Positions 1 through 34,181 of a stretch of 64,000 bases of DNA are shown here, one piece after another. A program made the position numbers and the translations under genes. The stretch lies in assembly GCA_963693365.1 (NCBI GenBank), contig CAVNZM010000001.1, positions 16,301,840 through 16,365,839 on the forward strand, in the 5' to 3' direction. A model generated the notes under the pieces. That model was not told the DNA's origin, searched no databases, and saw nothing but the letters and a program-made list of their open reading frames with translations. Each line of letters opens with the position of its first letter. Position 1 is the first letter of the stretch. Source of the DNA: Amoebidium appalachense (taxonomy: Eukaryota > Protista > Ichthyosporea).

Positions 1-197
1 CTCTGCTCTTGCCTGGGTTACGCCTACTAAACACCAACCAAAGTAGCATTCACCCTGCACGTTTTTTCTGGCTTCTCACTCTCCCGGGGGAAGAAGGAGG
101 TGGGCGGCCCGGGGGGGGGGGGGGGGGGGGATTAGCCACCTTGCAGCATAACGGCACAGTAGTGCGCGTCCCCCCCCCCCCCCCCCCCCCCCCCCCC

Positions 198-494
198 TTG
201 CTTCTGCTTACTGCTGCAACTTTAACCCCCGGCCTTTCCCACTGCCCTTGCCTGCATAAGCAACCCTGCTCGTCTCTGATCAAGACGGGTGACCCACTCA
301 TGTTCAAGTGAAACAGTATCTGAGTTGGGTTTCGTTAACGAGGGGAATAGGTCGAAACTCGGGTACTGTGGATGACGTGGGCCCCCCCTGAGGATGGGCT
401 CTGCTTATTATGCATTCTCTTTATGTATGGCTTGCATTCTGCATCGTGTTATCCGTTTGTTCTTGTGTACTTCGTACTTTTTGACGCATTCAAA
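198..494 (+). mobile_element. Short non-coding poly(C)-flanked repeat, family 1 (putative non-autonomous Penelope-like element), copy 1
   Basis: Near-identical to 23468-23765, 25577-25764 and 50171-50373; flanked by C-runs; ends ...GACGCATTCAAA(C)n. Confidence 0.8.
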
Positions 495-563
495 CCCCCC
501 CCCCGCCTCGCCCCCTTCTGACACCCCCTTATTGGCACACACACACACAGGCTCTCTGTCTCT

Positions 564-604
<41 letters not shown>

Positions 605-788
605 CCCCCCCCCCCCCCCCCCCCCCTTTCCTCCCTCCCTCCCCCTCCCCTCAACCCCCCTCCCTCCCCCTCCTTTCAAACCCCCCCCCCCCCCCCCCCG
701 CTCCCCTCGCCCTCCCCGCCCCCTCCTCATCCTTTTCTTTCTAAAAAACCACATTACTTCTTTTCCCCGTCCCCCCCCCCAATATCAG

Positions 789-9011
<8,223 letters not shown>

Positions 9012-9101
9012 CCAATTACATCAAAATTTAAATGTTAAAAGTGGCCAGCTATTGGTGCCACACTGGGAGCTTGAAAGTGCCTTATAACGACTTTGCTCCC
9101 G

Positions 9102-9253
9102 TCACCATTTTGTTGCCGGTCTCCTATTCAGATTCTGCTGTTTGAGCAAAGGTTGTAACAGGTAGTTTGTTTGATATAACGGAATAAAACGAATAAGGTC
9201 GTGTGGTAGTGTTCTCTGGTGGGTGTGTGCGTGCATGTGTGTGTGTGCGTGTG

Positions 9254-9318
<65 letters not shown>

Positions 9319-10090
9319 GTGGGTATCCTAACTAAATGAAAACAAAAACGAAGAGACAATTCCTCCATACGACAAACAGCAGACGACAATCCAAACATAA
9401 TAATTAAGGGAGGCACAAACCGAGCACGAAACAAAGTGCGCAGCGCAGTACCCTGAAAATCGTCGAACTCTTTCAGCGCCACGGCCGCCTCCGAGTCGCG
9501 AGATGAGGCGCAGGCCAATAGCGGAAGTTCATATTCGAGAGTCGGCCGTAGAAAAGTTTTATAGGTGAAAAGAAGGTTCGCAGGATGGATCACAGACTCC
9601 CGTTGAAACATGATTGACACGATGCCGAAGCTTACCCTTCGCACGCGCGATCCGTGCCGTGAGGAGCTTGCGGAAATCAATACCCCGTGCAGTAAAATAA
9701 ATACCCAAATAGTCTTAGGTGCTCTGAACAGGAATAGGAAGACCGGCCAATCGAAAGGAAGCGTTTTTTGAAAAAGTACTACACACTTTGCAATTCCGAC
9801 TGTCATGAGATTCTCGGTGCACCATTGATCCACCTGACGAAGCATCTGGTGCATGACGTCTTCGGTTAAGGAACAAAGAACAATGTCGTCCGCAAAAAGG
9901 AGACCCGGTACATGGCGGGTATGCAGTTGGCCAAAAGGTTCGAGGGCGCAGGCTAAATCGTCGATGAAAACGTCAAACAACAACGGACTCAGGAGGGACC
10001 CCTGCAGAAGACCCCGAGAACGAGAAAAACCGGGCGTTAATGTTCCATTGACCGCCGCTCGTCCGCGAGTGGTATCGATCTTATTTAGTG
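9102..10090 (-). pseudogene. 5'-truncated, frameshifted non-LTR (LINE) reverse transcriptase fragment
   Basis: RGLLQGSLLSPLLFDVFIDDL, LLFADD, QWCTENLMTVGIAKC, YKTFLRPTLEY motifs; apparent frameshift after AKC; (CA)n tract inserted at ~9220-9322; convergent with the ChAPs 3' end. Confidence 0.85.
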
Positions 10091-10131
10091 TGAATCTAAG
10101 GGAACATAATGGACAGAGTGCACAGGTGTTG

Positions 10132-10305
10132 TGTTGGAATACGTCACTACATAGGACAGCAAGAGTCTTGAAGTATGTATGTGTCTTTGTTGTTTTGTAC
10201 GGGTCTAAGGGAGCAGAGTGCACAGAGGTGTCATGTAAAACACGACCAACACAATAAAGAGAGGGCAATCGGAGTTGTTCACGACACATCGAAAGATTTC
10301 AAACA
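10132..10305 (+). mobile_element. Short LTR-like repeat (TGTTGGAAT...ATTTCAAACA)
   Basis: TG..CA termini with an imperfect terminal inverted repeat; AATAAA at 10253-10258; its first ~55 nt recur inverted at ~11079-11138. No TSD seen. Confidence 0.45.
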
Positions 10306-10926
10306 ACAACTGATTCTTTATTGTGCTCTCGGTTCTTTTTGTACTTGCGACTTATCATCTTATCTCAACTAAAGGGGGAGAACCAATCGGTAACCGTTCT
10401 ATCAGATGATAGAAAAACACATTCCGACAGAGCATACGCATTCCCACTTCCGACCTAACTAAAGTTTAGAAACTCTTACTTAAATAACTTAAGTAATTAT
10501 ATATCTTGTCACTATTAATGCACATATACATATTTATACTCGTCTCTATAAAGAAGCTCATTTAAATACATATATATCCTACAAGTCGACATTCTCAAAG
10601 TGAAGACACATTACAATAAACCGAATTCCATACATCCCTATTGTGTCCAATCATAACACGTATATTAATAGACAGGAATGCACAACATGATCTATAGATG
10701 TACTAGCTCGCAACTATTCAGTGGCGAGTCATCCTATTGTGAACTAAAACCAAGCCACTTTGAAATAAAACAAAGACAACGAATGTAGCTAGCCAATCAC
10801 GCTACCTCTCAGATAAACAGAGGAGAGTAAACAGAAATAAAATACAATAAGTTCTATCAGGCAAGAGAGCCAGGTGTGCACAGATCTACAGATATCTGTG
10901 CACACAGAAACAAAGGGAGAGACTCT

Positions 10927-10932
10927 AGAGAG

Positions 10933-10978
<46 letters not shown>

Positions 10979-10982
10979 GGGG

Positions 10983-11027
<45 letters not shown>

Positions 11028-11172
11028 AAGGGAGAGAGCACAAAGAAGGAAAGCAGACACGAATACAAACAAAGCTAAGACACATACATACTTCAAGACT
11101 CTTGCTGTCATACTAGTACGTAGTGACATATTCCAACAGTCTTAGCTTTGTTTGTATTCGTGTCTGCTTTCT

Positions 11173-11249
<77 letters not shown>

Positions 11250-11255
11250 CTCTCT
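10927..11255. repeat. Long fold-back (inverted repeat)
   Basis: Arms 10927-11081 and 11139-11255 are reverse complements, including unique sequence GAAAGCAGACACGAATACAAACAAAGCTAAGAC, the (GA)n/(TC)n tracts and the Gn/Cn tracts; 57-nt loop. Confidence 0.85.
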
Positions 11256-11283
11256 CTCTCCCTTGTTATATGAATAGATGAAC

Positions 11284-11525
11284 TTGACGTTGCTATGCAC
11301 GTGCCATCCTGAAGCGCATATTATATTCGCTTGACACATGCCATTGGTCATGCCATCCTCACGCGAATATTATATTCGCTTGACGCATGCCATTGGTCAG
11401 GCCATCCTGAAGCGCATATTATATTCGCTTGACGCTTGCTATGCACGTGCCATCCTGAAGCGCATATTATATTCGCTTGACCCTTGCCATGCTCATGCCA
11501 TCCTGATGCGATTGACGCTTGCCAT
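11284..11525. repeat. Imperfect ~45-bp tandem repeat (GCCATCCTGAAGCGCATATTATATTCGCTTGAC core)
   Basis: About 5 copies visible. Confidence 0.8.
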
Positions 11526-11640
11526 GACATATGGATATCATGATGGTTATGATAATAATAATATTGCGTTGGAATGTGCATGCTTTCTTTTTCACATGTT
11601 TGGTGTGTGCATATCTTAACCAGTCTTTACCTTGTTACAG

Positions 11641-13065
<1,425 letters not shown>

Positions 13066-13287
13066 TGCGTGCTTGTGTGTGTACGTACCGAGTACATGTG
13101 TGTTTGTGTGTTTGTGTGTGGCGTGTGTGTGTGTGTGTGTGTGCGCGCGCGCGCACGTGCGGTGTGTGTGTGTCTGTGTGTGTGTGTTTGTGTATGTGTG
13201 TGTGTGTGTGTGCACGGTGTGTGTGTGCCCGTGTGTGTGTGTGTGCCGCGGTGTGTGTGTGTGTGTGCACAGTGTGTGTGTGTGTGT

Positions 13288-13352
<65 letters not shown>

Positions 13353-13397
13353 TGTTTCCGTGTGTACACGTGTGTGTGTGTCTTTGTGTGTGTGTGC

Positions 13398-13506
<109 letters not shown>

Positions 13507-13834
13507 CCACTGCAGTGTGTCGATGTCCGCGGTGTCACAGTGTACGTATGTCACGGTTTGTGAGTCACACGGTGTGTGTGTGTGTGTGTGCACATTGTGT
13601 GTGTTTGTACGTTTGTGTGTGTTGAAGCCTTGTGGTGCAAAAATAAAGAAGCGCGGAAAGGGCAAAGTTAGCACGATCGATTTGCCACTCGCCCAATACC
13701 GCCGCTGTGTAATCAATCTATGATGCACCGTTTATTCCCGAGGTTTCGATAGAACTACGCTGATTTGTTGCGACCAGGCCCGGCGGCGCGAGTGTGGCGC
13801 GAACATTCGTGTTTCCACAACAACAACAGGGCCT

Positions 13835-13940
<106 letters not shown>

Positions 13941-13948
13941 ACAAATAC

Positions 13949-13979
<31 letters not shown>

Positions 13980-16059
13980 AGTCTGCATGCAATCATCATT
14001 ATACACATCAATATCAGCAACACGGCGTGAAACAGCTAATGGCTAGCTATAGGAGCTCGAGTGCACGTGACCGATCTGTTGACTGAGCATATCATACATG
14101 AAACCCGCGGGTTGACCCGGCGCCAACAGAGGAAAGAACCAGCACATAATCGTCCGCGGCAGGGGCAAACCCAACCCAACCCAGGCCCGTCCCCCAGAGC
14201 CACAAACCCGCCCGTGAACCATCCGTCCCTGAGGCGACACATCCCTGTCTAAAAAGGAAGATTATGGAAGGATTTCAGCCGATTTATAAAACACCATATA
14301 TGGTTCCTTGCTTGCTTTATATGGTTGTTGACAAAAAGCATTTGTGCTCTGGTTGGCAGACCTAGTGCACTAGATGGTATTTGTAAATTTGATTGGTTCG
14401 ATTTATCATTCCATTCCGTCACGGGTTTCAACAACCTGGCAACAAGCCTAACACTTTGAAAGAGCAAACGACCGAAGGCCGGATGTACGCGTAGTGGTGA
14501 ACGTCACCCGTTACGCCGCCGTGTTTTAGCAGGGAGTAGTCTTAGAGTAGAATATGGGTAGTGCCGCAGAGGCTGCCACTGCGGGGTAACTCCCCCATCC
14601 CCCCCCCCCCCCCCCCTTCCCCCCCCCCTCCCCCCCCCTCCCCCCCCCCCCTCCCCCCCTCCCCCTCCCCTCTCCCCTTCTCGCACACAATCACACAGAC
14701 ACAGCGCCAGATGCACACCACCACCACCAGCATCACCGCCACCACATCGTTTTACCACCCCCTAACCTCCCACCTGCTTACTTTTTCCCCCCCGCACACG
14801 CTGGCACCAAGACACGTCTCTACCACGCCAACACTCGCACCACTAGACCTTCACCTACCAACCCTCTACAGTCGCTCTGACACCATGCTTTCTGTTTCCC
14901 ACCAAGCTGTTCGAGTTGGAGCATCGGACGTGTTTGTGTTGCAATCTTCCAAGAAATCTCTTTAAAACCAGAAGAAAAACTCTGCGTTCCGTCAGCAATA
15001 AGGTTCTTAAGCCAAAGTATCCTACAAATGTGCTGCTCCCTCACCGTTCACAAAGCTATTCGTTGTACCCACACAACCTAATAAGTTTACATGTTTCAGG
15101 ACAACCCCACTCCCCACTCCCCCTTCTCCCCTCTCCCCCTCGAATTTTCCCCCCTGCCTGGATCCAAATCAGCTGGTTTTTGCCACTTCGTTGTTTGCCA
15201 GTGCCCGTCCCGCTATTCCTTGTCGTTTCCTGCGCAAGTCCCACAATCACCCACAAAAATCTCGTGCCAGTGTACACACAACAGGCAAACGCATTCTCAT
15301 AAAAAACAAACACAGACTTCACATCTTGCAATTACCCCAACACTTATCCAGCCATACACACACAGTCGTGCTCCTTAGAGCGACTGTGCAGAAATGTATT
15401 TGTAAGCATTATATATTTGTATTTTTGTGGAACATGACTAACAACCTCTTCCCTCTCCCCTTCTCCATCCTCACCTCTTCAATTTTTCATTGCCTTTTAT
15501 CCGTTTTCTCGTGATTTAAACAAACGTGAAACTCAGGTCTGACAAATCAGCTCTCTTTCTGCGCTCTTCAATTCCCGGCCTCCCCCTCCCCCCCCCTCCC
15601 CCCCTGCCCCCTGCCCACTCCTCTCACTCACTGACTCACTCACTCACTCATTCACTCTCGCACGCGCACGCGCACACACACACACACACACTCTCTCTCC
15701 CTCCCTCCCTCCCTCCCTCCCTTCCTGCCCCCCTCCCCCCCGCCCCCCTCTCTGCCTCTCCTTCCATCTCCCCCCCCCCCCCCCCCCCCCCCCTTCTCCC
15801 CCCCCCCCTCTCTCCCCCTACCCTCCATCACTCATTTTCTCAACCTCCCCCCTCCCCTCCTCCTAATATCTTCCCTCCCTCTTCCTCTCTCCCTCCCCCC
15901 ACCCTCACTCTCTTTCCTTTTCTGCCTCTCCCCCTCCCTCCCCACATCCCCTCTTCCCCACCCTTCCTCCGCCTTCCCCCACCTCCCTCTCCACCCCTAA
16001 GCTCCGCAACACACACCCAACATGCCCCACGCCCACTCCACGCACGCAAAAACACACAA

Positions 16060-27794
<11,735 letters not shown>

Positions 27795-28390
27795 GTGCAT
27801 CGGGTTATATATTCATGTGGAGGTAGAAGCCTGAACACCTACACATAAAGCTTGTTACACTATGCTAATCAATCTTCAGGCTTTACGCCGCGGCGTGTGC
27901 ACGTGATCAAGAGCTTGGTTGCATAAGGGACCTTGGGCTGTAATCGTGGCTTCAAATTTGAATCCATTGGTAATCTGTAGACAGCAAATAGTCAAAGAAA
28001 AAAGAATGGACATAGGTAATTTGATGCCTAAATTAGGCAATAACGGTTAGTTCGTAATTAATCATTTATGGTATGAAGGAGGTACCAGAATAGCTCCTAC
28101 CCTTTGAGGGCCATTGTGATTTCATGTGTAAATCCTTTGAAAGAAATTAATGCGAAGTCTTCTTGTCGAACCATTGGCAAGATGGATCACCCCGAGGACT
28201 TTTATCATGTATATAGTCACCAGGGCAACGACGAAATCGTGAAACCCTTTTATTTGTGGAGACACGGGAACCTCCCTGATGACGGCTTCTTTTCAAGTGA
28301 CTTCTGTCCTTCGGGGGTTTTTTTTATTATTATTATTTTTTATTTTGTTGACGTTTGCCTTCGGTATGAATGAATTTGAAGCCCCCCCCC

Positions 28391-28421
<31 letters not shown>

Positions 28422-28718
28422 ACACAAAAAAAAAACTATCTACCCACCTATTCCCCCTCCCCCCCCACCACCACACACCACAACCACTCACACACTCACA
28501 TTCTAGAGAGCAATCCGTACTTTGGGTGTCGCGTGTGACATATTTTACATGGTCGATATGACTCGGGCTCTTCCTGATGATAGGCGATCCCTTAATTCTG
28601 CGATACAGTACTTTAAATTTAATGTTTCCTCCTTTTCACACATGTGCGCTACATTTAGTTGGTTTGCACTGCTTTCGATGGTTGTGTGCTCCTCTCATCA
28701 TTAGGCAACCTCCCTCCT

Positions 28719-28749
<31 letters not shown>

Positions 28750-29532
28750 TCCACCAGTCACTGTGTGGGTACAAAAGAACTGTCCACCAAATGTGGCCCT
28801 CGACGGATTGCACGGGACGCACACTTACACAGTCAACGCAGAAGTAACATATCAACGCAGATAAGTAAACAAATCCAAGTTTTACTTCTTTCCATTGAAA
28901 TTCATTTCATGCACCCAACGCAGAAGTAACATATCAACGCAGATAAAATGCAAATCCACCATCCACCTATACACCGAGTGTTCTTGTGGTATGTGTGCCT
29001 GCATGACGGGTATCTCACACCCCCATCCAGCTATTGTGATCGTGTGTGTGTTTCCTTACCACGTGTACAACATTTCTGCAACTGTGTTTGTGTGATATTG
29101 TTGAATGGGGTTGAAACAAACCACTCACAACTGCAGTCAGACTCTGATGCCCATAAGCCCATTAGTCTACAAGTGAGCTCATGCTTGTGACCAGAACCAC
29201 ATTGGGCATGACAGCGCAAAAATAAATTTTTTTATATTCAACAAAAAGAGTTTATTTGCTAGCCGGGTCAGCCAACAAAGGCCGCCTAATCAATAGGCAA
29301 GAAGAGTCATCATTGAATTGCGAGTTCGACACTACATGTACAAACAATTCGTACAAAAAATTACAGTACCATATATAGATTTAGATCCTAAGTAAACGTT
29401 ATTCACAACACCAACAATGACCAACGTGCAAAATGCCATCATGACCTGACCATGCACAAGGAAAATCACGCCAGAGCCACATGGAAAATCACGCCAGAGG
29501 CCTTGCTTACTACCTATGCTAAGTGCAACTGT

Positions 29533-30825
29533 TTACTTGCTGCCGTAGCCGGAGGGGGCAGGGGCAGGGGCAGGGGCGCAGCAGAAGGCCGCATTGCAGG
29601 GCATGCCGGTGTACTTGCGGTCCTTGCAGCGGCGGATACCACCATCCTTGTTGTCCTTGTTGTACACGGCGCACTTAACCTTGGTGTTGCAGCGGCACAG
29701 GCCACCGGACGGGGCAGGGGCTGGGGGAGGGGGAGGGGGCACACAGCAGAAGGCGGTGCTGCAGGGCTTGTCGGTGTGGAGGATGTCCTTGTAGCAGGTC
29801 TGGTTCTTGCCGTCATCGTTCAGCTTGTACTTGTAGGTGCACTTGACCTCAGAGCACGAGGCAGGCTTCTGCTTGCAGGGGGTGGAGGGCTTGGGCACGG
29901 CGCAGCAGTACTTCTTGGAGCAGGGGTAGGTCTTGCTCTTCTTCACGCACTGGTACTGGTCACCATCACCGTCAATGTTGTACTCCTTGCACTTGATTTT
30001 CTCGTCGCAGTCAACGGGGGCGGGCAGCTTGCAGCAGGCAGAAACGGTGCAGCCGTCACCCTTGCACTTGAGCTCATCGCCATCCTCATCGACCTTGTAC
30101 TTGGCGCAGGCAACGGCAGCGCTGCACAGCTTGGCTGCAGGTGCAGGTGCGGGTGCAGGGGCAGGGCAGTTGTAGCCGGTGCATGGGGCCGGGGCAGGGG
30201 CAGGGGTGGGGCAGTTGTAGCCGGTGCATGGCTTGGGTGCCGGGGCGGGGGCAGGGCAGTTGTAGCCGGTGCATGGGGTAGGGGCGGGTGCAGGGGCAGG
30301 GCAGTTGTAACCGGTGCATGGGGCCGGGGCAGGAGGGGCGGGGTTGCAGCAATAGGCAGCGGTGCAGGGGTTGCTGGGCTTGGTGTAGCCGGTGCTGGTG
30401 GCAATGGTGCAGTTCAGCTCCGCGCCGGAATAGCCGGTCTTGAAGCCGTTGGGGCAGGCAACGCCCATGGAGCTGCACGTGCCGTTGTTGGCGGCGGGTG
30501 CTGGTGCTGGTGCTGGTGCTGGGGCAGGGGGAGGGGGGGGGGCAACGCAGCACTTGGCCTCATTGCAGTCCGTGGTGCAGGTCACGTCGGGGGTGATGGG
30601 CACATTGGGGGATGCGCAGACCACAGCTCCGGAGCAGGGCTGGGGGTCCTTGCAGCACGTAGCAGCCTCGCAGGCGTTGACGCCGCCAGCGGCAACGGCA
30701 TCATCGCACGCAGCGTTGATGTCGAGGAACTGGGGAAGTGTGCAGGTGATGGTGGCGGGCCCGGGGCAGGCCACATTTGCTGCGGATGCCGCGGCGGCGA
30801 GAGCGAGGACTGCAAAGATCTTCAT
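29533..30825 (-). CDS. Intronless secreted cysteine- and Pro/Ala-rich protein (430 aa), putative cell-wall/surface protein
   Basis: Signal peptide MKIFAVLALAAAASA; repeated Cys modules ending C-x4-CC, separated by (PA)n/Pn linkers; four CTGYNCPxPAPA repeats; strong C/G third-position bias; TACATAAA ~70 nt upstream and AATAAA downstream (~29251) on the minus strand. Confidence 0.9.
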   Translation of the reverse strand: MKIFAVLALAAAASAANVACPGPATITCTLPQFLDINAACDDAVAAGGVNACEAATCCKDPQPCSGAVVCASPNVPITPDVTCTTDCNEAKCCVAPPPPPAPAPAPAPAPAANNGTCSSMGVACPNGFKTGYSGAELNCTIATSTGYTKPSNPCTAAYCCNPAPPAPAPCTGYNCPAPAPAPTPCTGYNCPAPAPAPKPCTGYNCPTPAPAPAPCTGYNCPAPAPAPAPAAKLCSAAVACAKYKVDEDGDELKCKGDGCTVSACCKLPAPVDCDEKIKCKEYNIDGDGDQYQCVKKSKTYPCSKKYCCAVPKPSTPCKQKPASCSEVKCTYKYKLNDDGKNQTCYKDILHTDKPCSTAFCCVPPPPPPAPAPSGGLCRCNTKVKCAVYNKDNKDGGIRRCKDRKYTGMPCNAAFCCAPAPAPAPSGYGSK

Positions 30826-32194
30826 TTTGAAGTTTGAGCGCGAAATTTGACTACGCAAGACTGCACTGAAGACGGTTGTCGAGGCGAGCGGTTTATGTAG
30901 GCGAAGCCGTGTAGCCTGGGAATGTAAAGCAGCTTTGATTGGTGCGAGATTATACGCTAGATGGCGTAAGGCATGCGGTCGGTTCACTAGATTGCGGGGT
31001 TTTGGACCGTAATTTAGAATTTTGATTTTTGTTTCAGTTAGCTATATAACTTATTGTAGAAGCCATCAAAGTGAGAAATACAATGAAGATGCAAAGTTAA
31101 ACTAAATATTTCCAATAGATTTTTCAAATGCTCTAAGCTAATTGTTAAAGCTTGTCATATTACTGTTACTCCTGCACATTCTGTCTTGAACATTGGGTAC
31201 ATATACAGTATGCAACATGTACATTTGAACGTGGATACGTACGTCACCGTAACTACTTGGTGACTTGTCTTGGTCACAGGTCAGTGCATATGAATAGGAA
31301 TATTACAGCATCTGGCCATACCAGTGACTATATCTACAGGCCTATGATTACAAAGTTTGACGTATGCTAAGCGGCGTAGTATGCGTACGCACGTTCCAAC
31401 GGTCTCAATTTTGCGATCAGAAGCATATTATTTTTGAGCTTGGGATATATCTGAGCATATACTTACATGACCCAGACACTACCTCCATGGACTGTATGTT
31501 AAATCATCGAATGTTTTTTATATTAGATTTTTCCCTATGATTATTTAAGTTGTCATTTGCTCCGTGTCCGAGAGTCGTTACTAATTTATTGTTGTTTGTA
31601 CATGTGAGCTAGTATATATATTCTATTGCTGATCATCAAGGTGGGGGTTGCCAAATCACCACATCTCTGGGGATTTGAGGAATGCCATGGCCACCAGGCT
31701 GACCATCTTATGTGCACGTATGAGCCGCTACTGCCGATTGTACTCCCGTAGAAGAAAGGAAAAGTAACAAAATGAAATGCCAAGAATGCAAGCCTTTCAG
31801 GTTGCTTGTTCTATTACTCCTAAGATATCATATAACTACATACATAATTTGTAGTGACGAAAAGATTCGAAAAACTCCAGCTTATAGAGCCTCTAATTTG
31901 ATTGCTTTTCCCGATCTGCGTGACAGCTAATGATTGGCCAGAGTCTTTTTCCAAATTAGATTATCCAATCATATTGCATTCCTGAACTCATTGATTGCAC
32001 CAATGAAAGCTCGGCAGAATGCTAGAAACATGCGGTAAACCAATCAAGAAGCTGTTTTGTACGCAGTTGCAACTGTTGCAATAATTGATCTTTTCGATCA
32101 CACGAGTCCGTGACGGGATAACTCTCAAAGCCCGGACCCAAAAACAAAGACAAAACAAAAACAAAAAAAAACATTTCAAGTTAAACAAGGTAGC

Positions 32195-32324
32195 GAGTTT
32201 TGACATTTTTCTGGTCATCATATGCATGACATATATACGCATGGTGCACTGCGAAAACGCTGAACAAGCCTACCATTTGAACTAAGTAGCTTCCATTATG
32301 ATGACCAGAAAAATGTCAAAACTC
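32195..32324. repeat. Perfect 28-bp inverted repeat with 74-bp spacer (MITE-like)
   Basis: GAGTTTTGACATTTTTCTGGTCATCATA at 32195-32222 and its reverse complement at 32297-32324. Confidence 0.8.
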
Positions 32325-33189
32325 CAAGATATCGGAACCGCTATATGATTTTGGACGACGTTCATTCGGCCATGGTCACAGTTCACTTGAATAGTACACT
32401 TTTCTGGCGCATGTGTGCCAAGGGCCCCCAACTACCACTACAGTACTACAGTTCTACTTTTTTTCGTAGAGCAGCAGCCGCGCGCGGTCGCTCTTTTCTT
32501 TTCTCCCTACCGTAGGAGGGTGAGAGATCCGATCACGTGGCCGTTTGTGCATGCTCGTTTGAGTTACCGGAGATACGGTAAGCTTGAACTGCGCCCGCGC
32601 AGCTCAACTTTGTCTTACCACAAGTAAATTCCGTTACCGTGTGAATGGACCACGTACGCAACTCTGGCCATTGGCCATGGAGTGAAGGTGATCCGGCGAG
32701 CTCGGGAGTCAGTTGTGCTGCGGCAGCGGCGGTCGTTGCAATGGTGCGGACTCTTTCATAGGATCCGTCAGTCAGTGCCGTGAGCTCGTGTTGGAAAAGC
32801 ACTGTCCCTGACTTTCCCGGGCCGGACTCTCTCACAGGTCTCCGTCTGAGCGTCTGTACACGATGGGAGATATGCTGGGATATGCTGTACTGTATCTATC
32901 ATGGCCTGTATAGCCCCAATGTAATTTGATTCACATTCAATGTGAATCAATCTTGTATCCCGGGAATTTTGGAAAATCGGTCAATTAGGGTGATTCACAT
33001 TAAATGTGAATCAAAACCCCCCTTCAAAAAACAGAGTTTTTTCCCGTATAAATGACCCGGTGGGGTCGAAACTTTGCAAGAGCGAAGTAAACATATATGG
33101 TTTTCAAAGCCGCGCGGCTGGGTATGGGTTGTATATGGACTTTGCGGCGCAGCGAGGGCGTGCTGGCACACAAAGTTGGATATCGACAA

Positions 33190-33863
33190 CCCATAGAATG
33201 ATCAATGATTGCAATCGACTGATTGATGTAAGTGTGCTGCCTTGCAATATGTTACCTCATAATGAGCTTCTGAACAGCGTTTCATCTATTGAGCTTTACA
33301 CCCCTCGAAGACTGAAAACCATTGGTTGTTACACAAAGGAAAACCATATATGGTGTTTAGACGTAGCCTTTTTTGGCTCTTGTAAACAAAGCAACGCACC
33401 GTGGTCCCTTGAAAGTGCTGCACGTAGATCATCTTCCCATACCCGTGATTGAATTGCACCGTTATAATGTCACATCTCCTTGGTATATACCAGTAGTTGG
33501 TGTCTCTTACAATGCACACAAAGAATGGACGGGGGCATGGAACTTGGTGATGGCAGTTGTGTGGGGTTCGAAGCAGGGGCACTTGACTCGGATTTCTTTG
33601 ACAATATTTTTTCCGACGATAGCACACAGAGTGATACAGAAGACAGCGAGGCTACAGAGGATACCGCTCTCTCAGGGAAATGGCGTATTTTTGACCCCAA
33701 GCAAGTAGACATAACATTCAAAGCAGACGATATTGAAAACAGGCTCCTAGAGACGTTCAGGCGCAAGTCCAGTAATCCAAACGCCAAATCCTGCTTCGAT
33801 ATATGGCACACGAACAAGGATATCAAAACACCTGAATACTGGGCAGATTACGAGCCTCAGTAA
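33190..33863 (+). pseudogene. Possible frameshifted coding remnant of unknown family
   Basis: Three overlapping microsatellite-free frames can be joined at homopolymers (T-run ~33369, G-run ~33531); acidic stretch DSDFFDNIFSDDSTQSDTEDSE. No motif recognised. Confidence 0.25.
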
Positions 33864-34011
33864 ACACGGTGGTCGCAGTGTGAAATGATTGGTTAAGTTA
33901 GAGTCACGTCACTTGCAGGCTTTGCTGTTACCAAAGAGCTCTTCTTGTGTTTTTTCCTTCACCTCCCCTCCCTCCCCCCCCCCCCTTCCCCCCCCCCCCT
34001 TTTTTTTTTGG

Positions 34012-34077
<66 letters not shown>

Positions 34078-34078
34078 C

Positions 34079-34181
<103 letters not shown>

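Noticed and set aside
313-369. Canonical type III hammerhead in stem B
   Set aside because: GAAAC/GUU is placed correctly, but the CUGANGA position reads UUAACGA and stems I and II do not form; retained only as a hypothesis in findings.
28834-28946. 31-bp direct repeat (a 27-bp tandem duplication also occurs at ~52348-52403)
   Set aside because: Simple local duplications with no further structure.
29452-30837. 461-aa + strand ORF
   Set aside because: Antisense shadow of the GC3-biased secreted-protein gene on the minus strand.
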